NCBI GenBank assembly: GCA_963667015.2 | Contig: CAXXJJ010000001.1 | Coordinates: forward strand, 1,216,001-1,280,000 | DNA length: 64,000 nucleotides | Direction: 5' to 3' | Source: Desulfatiglandales bacterium | GTDB lineage: Bacteria; Desulfobacterota; DSM-4660; Desulfatiglandales; HGW-15 | Part shown: positions 1-10,095 of the stretch, in pieces | How positions within the stretch are numbered: the first letter of the stretch is position 1 | Layout: every line of letters starts with the position of its first letter | Made by a program: the position numbers and the translations under genes | The notes under the pieces: model-generated | Seen by the model: only the letters and a program-made list of their open reading frames with translations | The model's database searches: none | What the model was told of the DNA's origin: nothing

Positions 1-31
1 CCAGGAAGAAGAAATTAACGATCAGACAAAC

Positions 32-1885
32 ATGGATGAAGATTTCAAGAATGACGAACAGGAATCTGATGATGACAGCATGAACAAGTATTTTTCTTCT
101 GCTTCAGATGGCGAAGATGATGACGAATTCGGCGAAGACAGTTTTAGAGAGCTTTTCGAAAAAAGTGAGGAAAGTAAAAATATTCATGAGGGAGAGCTTG
201 TCACAGGCGAGATCGTTATGATCGGCAAGGAACATGTCCTAGTAGATATTGGATATAAATCAGAAGGCCAGATACGTATCAATGAATTCATAGATGCTGA
301 AGGCAACATGACCGCAAAGGTCGGCGACAAGGTAGATGTACTTCTTGAAAAGAGAGAAGACGACGATGGCAGGATTATCCTTTCAAAGGAAAAAGCCGCC
401 AAAATAAAGATATGGGATGAGATCAAGGCCATATACGAAGAAGACAAGACCGTTGAGGGCGAAATCATCGCCAGGCTCAAAGGCGGAATGGCTGTTGACA
501 TAGGCCTTCAGGCCTTCCTTCCGGGGTCACAGATCGATCTCAAGCCTGTGAGAAATTTTGATGCCCTTATAGGCACAAAACATGAGTTTAAGATCCTGAA
601 ATATAATAAACGGAGATCAAACATTGTTCTTTCCAGAAGAGCACTGCTTGAAAAGGATCGCAAGGTAAAACGCGATCAGACCCTGCAGGATCTGTCTGAA
701 GGAGCCGTATTACAGGGGACAGTAAAGAATATTACAGATTACGGCTTTTTTATTGATCTGGGAGGAATAGACGGGCTTCTGCATATAACGGATATTTCTT
801 GGGGAAGGGTAGGACATCCATCCGAACTGTATCAGGTTGGTGATGAGATTACCGTAAAGGTCCTCAAGTATGACGAAGAGAAGGAAAGGGTTTCTCTCGG
901 TCTTAAACAGCTCAATCCTGATCCATGGATCAATGCTGACAAAGACTACCCCATCAACACACGGGTAACAGGAAAGGTAGTAAGCCTTGCAGATTACGGT
1001 GCTTTCATTGAGATCAAAGAGGGTATCGAGGGACTTATTCATGTTTCTGAAATGTCCTGGACGCGAAAAATCAGACATCCTTCACAGATCCTGAAGGTTG
1101 GTGATGACGTTGAGGCGGTTGTCCTTAATATTGATTCTGATAACAAGAGAATTTCACTTGGTCTGAAACAGGTTGAGCCCAATCCGTGGGAAGTTATCGG
1201 TGAAAAATATCCCATAGGAACAACCATTGAAGGCCGGATAAAAAATATTACAGACTTTGGAATTTTCATCGGAATCGATGAGGGTATTGACGGACTTGTT
1301 CATATCTCCGATATATCATGGACAAAACGGATCAAACATCCTTCTGAGGTTTACAAGAAGGGAGAGGAAGTTCAGGCCGTTGTTCTTAACATTGATGAGG
1401 ATAACGAGAGATTTTCTCTTGGAATTAAACAGCTTACAATCGATCCCTGGGATGAAATTCCCGAAAGGTACAAACCCGGTACAAGGGTTACAGGAACTGT
1501 TACCAATATAACAGATTTTGGTGTTTTTGTAGAACTGGAAGAAGGTGTCGAAGGCCTTATCCATGTTTCCGAACTCACAAAGGATAAGAGCGGTAATCCC
1601 TTAAGCCGGTTTAAGATAGATGATGTAATTCAGGCAAAGGTCATCAATATCGCAAAGGATGACAAGAAGATTGGCCTTTCCATTCGCAAACTGGAAGAAA
1701 GCGAGGAAAAGGATGTCTACAGGAGTTACCTCAATAACGGAAAAGAAGCTACCTCGAACCTCGGTGAATTATTAAAGGCCGGTATGCTTGATCTTGAAAA
1801 CAAGCAGGCAGAAGAAGCAAAGGCAGAAGAGGAAACTGGAGCAGAGGACGAAACCCCGGAATCATCAGAGGAAGAGTCCGAATAA
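32..1885 (+). CDS. rpsA: 30S ribosomal protein S1 (may start upstream of the window)
   Basis: Six S1 repeats (e.g. GTVKNITDYGFFIDLGGIDGLLHITDISW). The frame is open from base 2 (QEEEINDQTN) and there is no clear SD before ATG 32, so it is possibly 5' partial. Confidence 0.97.
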   Translation: MDEDFKNDEQESDDDSMNKYFSSASDGEDDDEFGEDSFRELFEKSEESKNIHEGELVTGEIVMIGKEHVLVDIGYKSEGQIRINEFIDAEGNMTAKVGDKVDVLLEKREDDDGRIILSKEKAAKIKIWDEIKAIYEEDKTVEGEIIARLKGGMAVDIGLQAFLPGSQIDLKPVRNFDALIGTKHEFKILKYNKRRSNIVLSRRALLEKDRKVKRDQTLQDLSEGAVLQGTVKNITDYGFFIDLGGIDGLLHITDISWGRVGHPSELYQVGDEITVKVLKYDEEKERVSLGLKQLNPDPWINADKDYPINTRVTGKVVSLADYGAFIEIKEGIEGLIHVSEMSWTRKIRHPSQILKVGDDVEAVVLNIDSDNKRISLGLKQVEPNPWEVIGEKYPIGTTIEGRIKNITDFGIFIGIDEGIDGLVHISDISWTKRIKHPSEVYKKGEEVQAVVLNIDEDNERFSLGIKQLTIDPWDEIPERYKPGTRVTGTVTNITDFGVFVELEEGVEGLIHVSELTKDKSGNPLSRFKIDDVIQAKVINIAKDDKKIGLSIRKLEESEEKDVYRSYLNNGKEATSNLGELLKAGMLDLENKQAEEAKAEEETGAEDETPESSEEESE

Positions 1886-1937
1886 AAAAACCGGTCCTGA
1901 AACAGTATTGTGGAAGGGCCATATAGTAATAATCACA

Positions 1938-1964
1938 GCCTGCCCGTACCGGTTACGGGCAGGT
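1938..1964. repeat. Palindromic hairpin (CCTGCCCGTA-ccggt-TACGGGCAGG), REP-like or mRNA-stabilising
   Basis: 10-bp perfect inverted repeat between rpsA and sppA; no U-tract. Confidence 0.5.
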
Positions 1965-1998
1965 AATTCAAACCCAATCCTTCCAGAAGATACATACA

Positions 1999-2901
1999 AT
2001 GAAAAAACACCCGATACTCACCGTTTTTATTATTCTTGCATGCGTGATTGTTGTACTGACCCTTTTGATGACAGCCCTGAGCGGCTCTATCAGCAGTTCT
2101 TCAGGAATAGCTTTTACCAACAAGGTAGGCGTGATTCCGATAGTCGGTGAAATAAGCGACTCTACACTGGTTACCAAGCAGATTACATCCTTCACAAAGG
2201 ATAAATCAATAGAGGCAATTATCCTGCGGATTGATTCTCCCGGCGGGGGAGTGGGTGCTTCTCAGGAGATTTATCGCGAGGTTCTGAGATCAAGAGATGA
2301 GAAACCGGTGGTTGTTTCTATGGGCGGAACGGCTGCATCCGGAGGCTTCTATATAGCCTCGGCTGCAGACAAGATAGTGGCGAATCCAGGCACTATCACC
2401 GGAAGCATTGGTGTTATCATGCAATATTACAAGTACAAGGAACTGGCAGAAAAAATAGGGTTTACACTGGAAACCATTAAAAGCGGTGAATTCAAGGATA
2501 TTGGCAATCCCAACAGGGATCTGACTGAAAGGGACAGGGGAATACTGGATGCAGTAATATCCGATATCCAGTCCCAATTTGTAGATGCAGTTGCAAAGGG
2601 CAGAAACATTCCTGTTGAAAAAGTGAGGGAAGTAGCTGACGGCCGTATCTTTACAGGGGCAATGGCAAAGGAATGGGGCCTTGTTGATGAGCTCGGCAAT
2701 TTTGAAGACGCAGTTGCATTAACAAAAGAGCTTGCCGATATAGATGGTGAAGTTAATCTTGTGTATCCCCAGAAAAAGAAGCTTAAACTTCTTGATATCC
2801 TGCTTGGAGAAGCTGCAGAATCGATGTCAGGTATTCTCAAGGAAAGTATGAAAAACAACATGAAAGGCAGTATCGATTACAAATGGGATGGCCTGCCCTG
2901 A
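1999..2901 (+). CDS. sppA: Signal peptide peptidase SppA, 36K type (S49)
   Basis: N-terminal TM segment; IDSPGGG, AASGGFY and TITGSIGV motifs; follows rpsA. Confidence 0.93.
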   Translation: MKKHPILTVFIILACVIVVLTLLMTALSGSISSSSGIAFTNKVGVIPIVGEISDSTLVTKQITSFTKDKSIEAIILRIDSPGGGVGASQEIYREVLRSRDEKPVVVSMGGTAASGGFYIASAADKIVANPGTITGSIGVIMQYYKYKELAEKIGFTLETIKSGEFKDIGNPNRDLTERDRGILDAVISDIQSQFVDAVAKGRNIPVEKVREVADGRIFTGAMAKEWGLVDELGNFEDAVALTKELADIDGEVNLVYPQKKKLKLLDILLGEAAESMSGILKESMKNNMKGSIDYKWDGLP

Positions 2902-2911
2902 TTTTAAAAGC

Positions 2912-3502
2912 CTAGAGCAGTGAACTGATATCTCCCTTTCCTTCACGTATCACTTCCGGGTCATCATTAATCAGAGAAATAACACTTGACGGTTCGGGGT
3001 AAAGTGCCCCCCCGTCAATTATTATATCGAGTGCAGACGAGAAGGCGTCCTGTATGGCGTACGGGTCTTCATGGATGGCACTTGTGGTGATTATCGGCCT
3101 GCCTAATGTACTCACAATCGAGAGGCATATATTGTTATCCGGCACCCTTATTCCCACGGTTTTTCTTTTTGTGAGCATTATCTTGGGAACGAGCTTTGTC
3201 CCTTCAAGTATGAATGTATATGGTCCCGGTAAAAGTCTTCTCATTGTCTTGTATGCATAATCAGAGACCTTTGCATACTGGCTTATCCCCTTAAGACTGT
3301 CGCATATAATGGAAAAGGGTTTTTTCAACGGCCTGTTTTTTAACTGGTGGATGCGCTGGACTCCCTTTTTATTATACAGATCACAACCCATGCCGTAAAA
3401 GGTATCCGTAGGGTAGGCAATCAGGCCTCCCCTGTCCAGGGTTTCGCATACCATATCTATGAGCCGCTGTTGCGGGTTGTCCGGGTTGATTGAAGTTATC
3501 AT
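2912..3502 (-). CDS. Sua5/YciO/YrdC family protein (threonylcarbamoyl-AMP synthase-like, YciO type)
   Basis: IAYPTDTFYG, LLPGPYTFIL, VGIRVPD and IIDGG motifs. Confidence 0.9.
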   Translation of the reverse strand: MITSINPDNPQQRLIDMVCETLDRGGLIAYPTDTFYGMGCDLYNKKGVQRIHQLKNRPLKKPFSIICDSLKGISQYAKVSDYAYKTMRRLLPGPYTFILEGTKLVPKIMLTKRKTVGIRVPDNNICLSIVSTLGRPIITTSAIHEDPYAIQDAFSSALDIIIDGGALYPEPSSVISLINDDPEVIREGKGDISSLL

Positions 3503-3629
3503 AGAGGCGGTTTTTATATAAAAACACTGAACATGTCAAATTAATAAGAAACCTGAATATTGACAAAATTAAAAAGAAATGCTCTTCTTTATGTTTAATT
3601 TATTAAACCTTTTAATTATAGATCAATAT

Positions 3630-4424
3630 ATGCTCCCATTTTATATACAACTAATATTTGCTTTTGTTTTCGGCCTTACAGTGGGCAGTTTTTTAAATGT
3701 GTGTATCTACAGGTTACCTCTTAAAAAGTCCATTGTAGCCCCTCCATCCAGCTGTACAGCCTGCGGGAACAGGATAAGATTTTATGATAATATCCCTGTA
3801 TTAAGTTATTTAATACTGAGGGGGCGCTGCAGAAACTGCGGAACACATTTCTCCATGCTTTATCCGATGGTTGAACTTGCAACAGGTCTCATTAGTATGG
3901 CGTTACTGATTCGCTATAATTTAAATAATCATGGCCTGCTCCAATATTTCATCTTTTTTGCTTTTATATCCGCCCTTATCTGTATCAGTTTTATTGATCT
4001 CGAACATATGATTATCCCGGATGTCATATCTATTCCCGGCATTATTATCGGGTTTCTCATTTCTTTTATTTCCACACATGTGACATGGACAGAATCCCTC
4101 CTCGGGATTGTCATTGGCGGTGGAATACTTTACCTTGTTGCACTCTTGTTTGAATTCCTGATGAAAAAGGAAGGAATGGGTGGCGGTGATGTAAAGCTCC
4201 TTGCCATGATAGGGGCATGGCTGGGCTGGAACTCGATTATTTTTGTTATTTTAGCGTCATCCCTTATCGGATCTGTGCTTGGTACTATCTCCCTGCTGAT
4301 GTCCAGAAAGGGGCTTAGCGCAAAGATTCCCTTTGGGCCTTTTCTGGCTCTGGGTGCAATATTATATGTTTTTTTCGGGAAAGAACTGACGGAATGGTAT
4401 CTTAACACCTTATACTTAAATTAA
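3630..4424 (+). CDS. pilD: Type IV prepilin peptidase/methyltransferase
   Basis: GSFLNVCIYRLP, two CxxC pairs, GGGDVKL and IPFGPFL; start chosen at ATG 3630. Confidence 0.93.
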   Translation: MLPFYIQLIFAFVFGLTVGSFLNVCIYRLPLKKSIVAPPSSCTACGNRIRFYDNIPVLSYLILRGRCRNCGTHFSMLYPMVELATGLISMALLIRYNLNNHGLLQYFIFFAFISALICISFIDLEHMIIPDVISIPGIIIGFLISFISTHVTWTESLLGIVIGGGILYLVALLFEFLMKKEGMGGGDVKLLAMIGAWLGWNSIIFVILASSLIGSVLGTISLLMSRKGLSAKIPFGPFLALGAILYVFFGKELTEWYLNTLYLN

Positions 4425-4444
4425 TCGCAATTTATGGTGCATAA

Positions 4445-5998
4445 TTGAAAACGCCTATCTTCGGACTGAGAGCAGGTATACTGACACAGCTCATTTTTTT
4501 GATTGTCGCTGCCATGCTTTTGATAAATGTTGTTATTCTGAACCTTTATGAAAGGGATCTGATAAAGGCAAAGGAGCAGTCCGGAAATGCCCTGGTGCTT
4601 TCAATTGAAAATACCCTGCGGTTTATACTCCAGGACAGCGCTTCAAATCTTAAAGATATTCAATCGAATCATGATTTTAATGCCGTCGTATCTGACCTGC
4701 TCAAGGCTAGTGAGTTTTCAGGTCTTGCAATCATAGATTATTCCGGAGAAACTGTATTTAAGTCAGGGTTTTCCGGTGAGAGAAAACACTATGCACTGAT
4801 TATGGCCATAAGCGCTATGACTACATCAACCTGGTCTGTTAATTATATGGGTACCACATGGGGGGTTCTCTGGCCGGGAAAGAGCGAACTGTGTCTTTCA
4901 GCACCATTAAGATACAAAGGACGGGTAATAGGAGGTGTATCGATAATTACATCTCTTGTGCCTGTTTATGAAACATTAAGAAAGTCTGAAAAACTTATTG
5001 CTCTCTATGTCATCCTTGATACCATAATACTGGCGCTGGTCGGGATCTATCTGCTTTCAAGAATCGTTGTGGGGCCTATACACAAACTTCTCAGGATGAC
5101 CGAGGAATATGAGGACAGCGAATTTATTTCCTATAGCGGCGATACCTCCGCCAATGAGATAGGAAATCTGTCCAGGGCACTCGCCAGCATGCTCAAAAGG
5201 CTTGATGAGAATAAAAAGGAACTTAAAAACCATATTATTTCCCTTGAAAAAGCCAATAACGACCTGAAATCAGCCCAGAATGAAATAATAAAATCTGAAA
5301 AACTGGCATCAGTGGGAAGGCTTGCCGCCGGGATTGCACATGAAATAGGAAATCCTATAGGTATTATTCTGGGTTATATCGATCTCATCCAGAAGGGGGG
5401 ATTGTCCCTGGAAGAGGAAAAGGATTTCCTTGCACGGGTAGAAAGTGAAATAACGAGAATAAATGTAATTATCCGACAGCTTCTTGATTTTTCGAGGAGC
5501 TCTACAGAACAGATAGAAGAATGCAGCGTCCATGATTTGATCAATCATACGGTGGAAATGCTGAAACCGCAGGTAAGGATGAGGGAACTGGAAATAGTAA
5601 AGGAGCTCAGGGCAGAAAGAGATACTGTAATGGCTGATAAAAATCAGTTGCAGCAGGTATTCCTGAATATCCTGATTAACTCCATAGATGCAATGGAAGA
5701 ACAGGAGCATCTCGATGAAAAATCACACATCATGGTGAGCAGTAAAAATAAAACCGGTTCTATTATTCTTGATTTTACTGATACTGGCCCCGGCGTTTCT
5801 GCTGAGGACCTTGGACGTATCTTTGATCCTTTTTTTACTACAAAAGAACCGGGGCGGGGTACCGGACTGGGCCTTTCGGTATGTTACAGAATAATTGAAG
5901 GTCTCGGAGGCACAATAAAGGCTGAAAGCGCTCCGGAGGGGGGCATGACGATTAATATTGGACTGCCCCTTGATGAAGACCCTGATGAAATGTCTTAA
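4445..5998 (+). CDS. Membrane sensor histidine kinase (HAMP-HisKA-HATPase, NtrB/PilS-like)
   Basis: Two TM segments; EKLASVGRLAAGIAHEIGNP H-box; IFDPFFTTK and GTGLGL. Confidence 0.93.
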   Translation: MKTPIFGLRAGILTQLIFLIVAAMLLINVVILNLYERDLIKAKEQSGNALVLSIENTLRFILQDSASNLKDIQSNHDFNAVVSDLLKASEFSGLAIIDYSGETVFKSGFSGERKHYALIMAISAMTTSTWSVNYMGTTWGVLWPGKSELCLSAPLRYKGRVIGGVSIITSLVPVYETLRKSEKLIALYVILDTIILALVGIYLLSRIVVGPIHKLLRMTEEYEDSEFISYSGDTSANEIGNLSRALASMLKRLDENKKELKNHIISLEKANNDLKSAQNEIIKSEKLASVGRLAAGIAHEIGNPIGIILGYIDLIQKGGLSLEEEKDFLARVESEITRINVIIRQLLDFSRSSTEQIEECSVHDLINHTVEMLKPQVRMRELEIVKELRAERDTVMADKNQLQQVFLNILINSIDAMEEQEHLDEKSHIMVSSKNKTGSIILDFTDTGPGVSAEDLGRIFDPFFTTKEPGRGTGLGLSVCYRIIEGLGGTIKAESAPEGGMTINIGLPLDEDPDEMS

Positions 5999-6009
5999 GG
6001 AGATTCCGT

Positions 6010-7389
6010 ATGGGAATATTGGGAAATAGAGTTCTGATAGTTGATGATGAAATGAATATGAGGCATATGCTTCAGACAATGCTCAAAAAGGAAGGGTATG
6101 TTGCAGAGACTGCACCAAACGGTGCAGAGGCATTATCGATTATGGAAGAGAATAATTTTGATTTCATCCTGTGTGATATACGAATGCCGAAGATGGACGG
6201 CATGGCCTTTTTAAACAGTGCCAGGGAACGGTTTCCGGATAAAACATTTATTATGATGTCGGCATACGGAACAGTCGATACTGCCCTGGAGGCAATGAAA
6301 AACGGGGCATATGACTATATCTCCAAGCCTTTCAAAACCGATGAGGTGCTGCTTACACTTAAAAAGGCAAAGGAAAGGGAACAGCTCAAGGAAGAGAACC
6401 TTATACTCCAGGACAAGCTGAGAAAGATAGAGCAGAAATACAGTTTTGGAAGCATTGTGGCAAAAAGCGAGGCCATGGCCAGTGTATTTGATCTTGTGGA
6501 CAGGGTGGCTGACCATAAAACAACGGTTCTTGTAACAGGTGAAAGTGGTACAGGAAAGGAGCTCATTGCAAAGGAGATACATGCAAGAGGGAGCCGATCA
6601 TCCGGCAGCATGGTTGCGATAAATTGTGCGGGCATACCGGAAAGCCTGCTTGAGAGTGAACTTTTCGGATATAAAAAAGGGGCCTTCACGGATGCTGGAA
6701 AGGATAAGCCCGGACTTTTTGCGCAGGCGAACGGGGGAACTATCTTTCTTGATGAGTTAGGTGAAATGCCCATTTCGCTGCAGGCGAAGTTACTGCGTGT
6801 ACTGCAGGAAGAGGAGATTACGCCCCTTGGAAGCACAAAACCGGAAAAGATTGATGTAAGGGTGGTTGCTGCCACGTCAAAGAATCTGGAAAAGGAGGTT
6901 GAAAAAGAAAGGTTTCGAGAGGACCTTTACTACAGGGTAAATGTCATGACCATTCACCTCCCGCCGCTGAGGGAGCGAAGGGGAGATATACCTTTGCTCG
7001 TAGGGCACTTTATCGATCTGTTCAATAAAAAACTCAATAAGAGCCTTGAGGGCCTTTCTTCAGAGGCAATGGCATTGCTTCTGGGACATGACTGGTCAGG
7101 TAATGTCCGGGAACTGGAAAACGTTATTGAAAGAGCGATTATCCTGGCAAAGGACAGGCTCATAACACCTTCTGACCTTCCTCCTTCCATTATCACTGGA
7201 AACAGTATCCTGACTTCTATTGAGCCGGGTGATACACTGTCAATAAAAAAGGCCTCCAGAAGACTGGAGGAGGAGCTTATAAAAAAGGTACTGAAGCTTA
7301 CTGAAGGTAACAAATCAAAGGCTGCAAAGATTCTTGAAATAAGCAGACCGATTCTAATTGCAAAAATAAAGGAATATGGATTATCCTAG
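6010..7389 (+). CDS. Sigma-54-dependent response regulator (REC-AAA+-Fis HTH, NtrC/PilR family)
   Basis: Receiver domain, GESGTGKE, GAFTDA (GAFTGA variant) and a C-terminal HTH. Confidence 0.95.
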   Translation: MGILGNRVLIVDDEMNMRHMLQTMLKKEGYVAETAPNGAEALSIMEENNFDFILCDIRMPKMDGMAFLNSARERFPDKTFIMMSAYGTVDTALEAMKNGAYDYISKPFKTDEVLLTLKKAKEREQLKEENLILQDKLRKIEQKYSFGSIVAKSEAMASVFDLVDRVADHKTTVLVTGESGTGKELIAKEIHARGSRSSGSMVAINCAGIPESLLESELFGYKKGAFTDAGKDKPGLFAQANGGTIFLDELGEMPISLQAKLLRVLQEEEITPLGSTKPEKIDVRVVAATSKNLEKEVEKERFREDLYYRVNVMTIHLPPLRERRGDIPLLVGHFIDLFNKKLNKSLEGLSSEAMALLLGHDWSGNVRELENVIERAIILAKDRLITPSDLPPSIITGNSILTSIEPGDTLSIKKASRRLEEELIKKVLKLTEGNKSKAAKILEISRPILIAKIKEYGLS

Positions 7390-7434
7390 CGCCTGGTATA
7401 TCTATTGGAAGAAGATCTGAGACGAGTATTCAAA

Positions 7435-8211
7435 ATGGGAATCAAAAAGGTTATTTCGGGCGGACAGACCGGGGCTGATCAGGCAGCGCTTGATGCCGCT
7501 ATTGAGATGGGGGTTTTACACGGGGGATGGGTGCCCCTTGGCAGGCTCACGGAAAAGGGCAGGCTGCCGGTCAGGTATAAAATGCAGGAAATAAATGCAA
7601 TTGACTATGACCAGAGGACAGAGCTTAATGTGATGGACTCGGACGGCACACTTCTTTTCAGTGATGGTAAATTAGCGGGCGGTTCTGCCCTTACAAAAAA
7701 ACTCGCCAGGAAGCATCTTAAGCCATGCCTTCATATAGACGTTAAGGACGTAACCGAATACAAGGCCGTTGAAATCATCAAGTCGTGGCTTGAAGTAAGG
7801 AAAATAGAAGTACTTAATGTGGCCGGCCCGAGGGCAAGTGAAAGCCCTGTCATGTATGACATGGTCCTCAATATTATGAAATCGGTTCTCTACCCTCCAC
7901 CGGAAAAGATAGCCGTAAAACATCCAAAGTGTGCTGCAGAAGCAGTGGATGCCCTGGTATCCATGATGACAAAAAAGGAAAAGGTAGCTATCTCAAGACT
8001 GGCTGAGGCCGATATCAGCTACCCTTCTAAGAATCTTACACAGTTTATCAGTAAAAAATTCGGACTGGACACTGGAAATGAACCTCTTCTCCAATCATGC
8101 ATGCAAATAAGCAATAGTAACGATCTGGACTGGGCTGGTGCATCTGCAGTTATAATAAGAGAGCTGTGGTTAAAGCTGCATGAAACCCACAGGCTGAGAA
8201 GAATAAAATAG
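7435..8211 (+). CDS. Putative molybdenum carrier / SLOG-family protein with C-terminal extension
   Basis: ISGGQTGADQAALD, RTELNVMDSDGTL and LNVAGPRAS motifs. Confidence 0.8.
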   Translation: MGIKKVISGGQTGADQAALDAAIEMGVLHGGWVPLGRLTEKGRLPVRYKMQEINAIDYDQRTELNVMDSDGTLLFSDGKLAGGSALTKKLARKHLKPCLHIDVKDVTEYKAVEIIKSWLEVRKIEVLNVAGPRASESPVMYDMVLNIMKSVLYPPPEKIAVKHPKCAAEAVDALVSMMTKKEKVAISRLAEADISYPSKNLTQFISKKFGLDTGNEPLLQSCMQISNSNDLDWAGASAVIIRELWLKLHETHRLRRIK

Positions 8212-8234
8212 ATGTTTTCAAAATAAGGAAACAT

Positions 8235-9290
8235 ATGGCAGATGTGAAAAAGAGTCCTAATGCCCTGAAAGTCATGCTGATCCTTGCATCCTTTGTAATA
8301 ATAACTGCAGGGATGAAGGCTGCCAGTGATATTCTGGTTCCATTTCTCTTTTCAATCTTTTTATCCATAATAACAAGCTCTCTTCTTTACTGGCTGAATA
8401 AAAAGAAGATACCCATGCTTGTTTCTCTGCTCATAGTAATCCTGTTCGTTCTTGGAGCAGTCTTTTTACTGGTACTCCTTTTTAAAAGCAGTATCAACGA
8501 TTTTACGCAGTCTCTCCCGCTTTATCAGGAAAAGCTGGGAAGTCTGATCGGGCTTTTGGCAAAAATCATCGGCAGTTATGGAATAAATTTTTCCGAAAAA
8601 CAGATTATGGAATATATAGACCCTGGCGCAGCAATGAGGTTTGTGTCATTGATACTGACAAATCTTAAAAGCCTGTTGAGCAATGCCTTTTTTATTATAC
8701 TCACCGTTATATTTATAATGTTTGAAGCTGCTTCAATGCCGGCTAAAATGAATTCGGCCCTAGATGGATCAAGGTTTACCTTCGCACATATTGAAGTATT
8801 GATGAAAGATATAAACCATTACATGGTCATAAAAACATTCATGAGTCTGGCAACAGGGCTTCTTGTTACATTATGGCTTTCAATTTTAAAAGTTGATTAT
8901 CCTTTTTTATGGGGTCTTCTTGCCTTTATATTTAATTTTGTTCCCAATATTGGCTCCATTATAGCGGCAATACCTGCCATACTCCTGGCCCTTGTTCAGG
9001 CTGGTTATGGAACAGCCGCTCTTACCGCCGGGGGGTATATTGTCTTCAATGTCGGGATAAGTAATTTTATCGAACCCAGGTTTATGGGGAGCGAACTTGG
9101 AATTTCAACACTTGTTGTATTTCTTTCTTTAATCTTCTGGGGTTGGGTTCTTGGTCCGCTTGGAATGGTTCTGGCCATACCCCTTACAATGACCATGAAG
9201 ATTGCACTTTCCTGTTCTGAAGAAACCGCCTGGATAAGTATATTGCTTGGGGCTGCTCCGCGTAAGAAACGGGGAAAAGTAAAAGACTAA
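8235..9290 (+). CDS. AI-2E family transporter
   Basis: Multi-TM protein; FNFVPNIGSIIA, NFIEPRFMG and WGWVLGPLGMVLAIP. Confidence 0.9.
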   Translation: MADVKKSPNALKVMLILASFVIITAGMKAASDILVPFLFSIFLSIITSSLLYWLNKKKIPMLVSLLIVILFVLGAVFLLVLLFKSSINDFTQSLPLYQEKLGSLIGLLAKIIGSYGINFSEKQIMEYIDPGAAMRFVSLILTNLKSLLSNAFFIILTVIFIMFEAASMPAKMNSALDGSRFTFAHIEVLMKDINHYMVIKTFMSLATGLLVTLWLSILKVDYPFLWGLLAFIFNFVPNIGSIIAAIPAILLALVQAGYGTAALTAGGYIVFNVGISNFIEPRFMGSELGISTLVVFLSLIFWGWVLGPLGMVLAIPLTMTMKIALSCSEETAWISILLGAAPRKKRGKVKD

Positions 9291-9484
9291 CTATTTCTTG
9301 ACTTAAAACCTGTTCGATAGATAATAGGCAAAATCAATTAGTTCTCCAGTATTTCCTGTCAATATATATCCATATGTTTTTGTATGTCGGCCATTAACAG
9401 GTGTAGAGTTTTAAAACCGGTTTTAATGTGTTTTTTAATGCTTTATTTGGGGGTGAACCATTTAATAAAGGAGGAAGGATTATT

Positions 9485-9841
9485 ATGAAAAAATTACTTT
9501 GTCTGGGTATGGTTTTCGGATTTATCTGTTTTTATTCATTTGCTTCCTTTGCCGCAGAATATAAAGTTGAGGAGGCTGTCAATCACATCGGTGAAAAGGC
9601 AACTGTATGCGGCAAGATTATTGACACTCTTGACTACCAGGGTATGACAATTCTTGGTATGGGCAAGGCAGTAATGGAAGCCGGTGCAGTAGGAATTGAA
9701 ATTCCTGAGGCGTTGAAAGAAAAACTTGATAAGGATCTTTATGTGGGAAAGGAGATCTGTGTAACCGGCGAATTACAAAAAAATCCGTCAAACGGGGCCT
9801 CCATAAAGGTGGATGACCCGTCACAGATCAAGGTCAAATAA
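9485..9841 (+). CDS. Small exported protein, probable OB-fold
   Basis: SD GGAGG; signal peptide ending AFA-like; HIGEKATVCGKI...YVGKEICVTG pattern. Confidence 0.6.
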   Translation: MKKLLCLGMVFGFICFYSFASFAAEYKVEEAVNHIGEKATVCGKIIDTLDYQGMTILGMGKAVMEAGAVGIEIPEALKEKLDKDLYVGKEICVTGELQKNPSNGASIKVDDPSQIKVK

Positions 9842-10095
9842 AAATTGTTTAAATCCCGGATCTGCCGGAGTTTCTTTGAAATCAGGGATACAGGGTCAGG
9901 GGGCAGGTGAAAAACCCTGCACCCTGGATTCCTTAGAGGTAATTGAGAAAAGAAGCAATAATTTATGCAAATAACCAATCGGTTAGCTGTATCCTGATGC
10001 CCCAATATCTACTTGACTCAATCCCCTTTTTTTTCTATTCTCCTTTGGTTAAAATTAATATTAGTAAATCGTACTATTTATGCCGGAGATTTTAG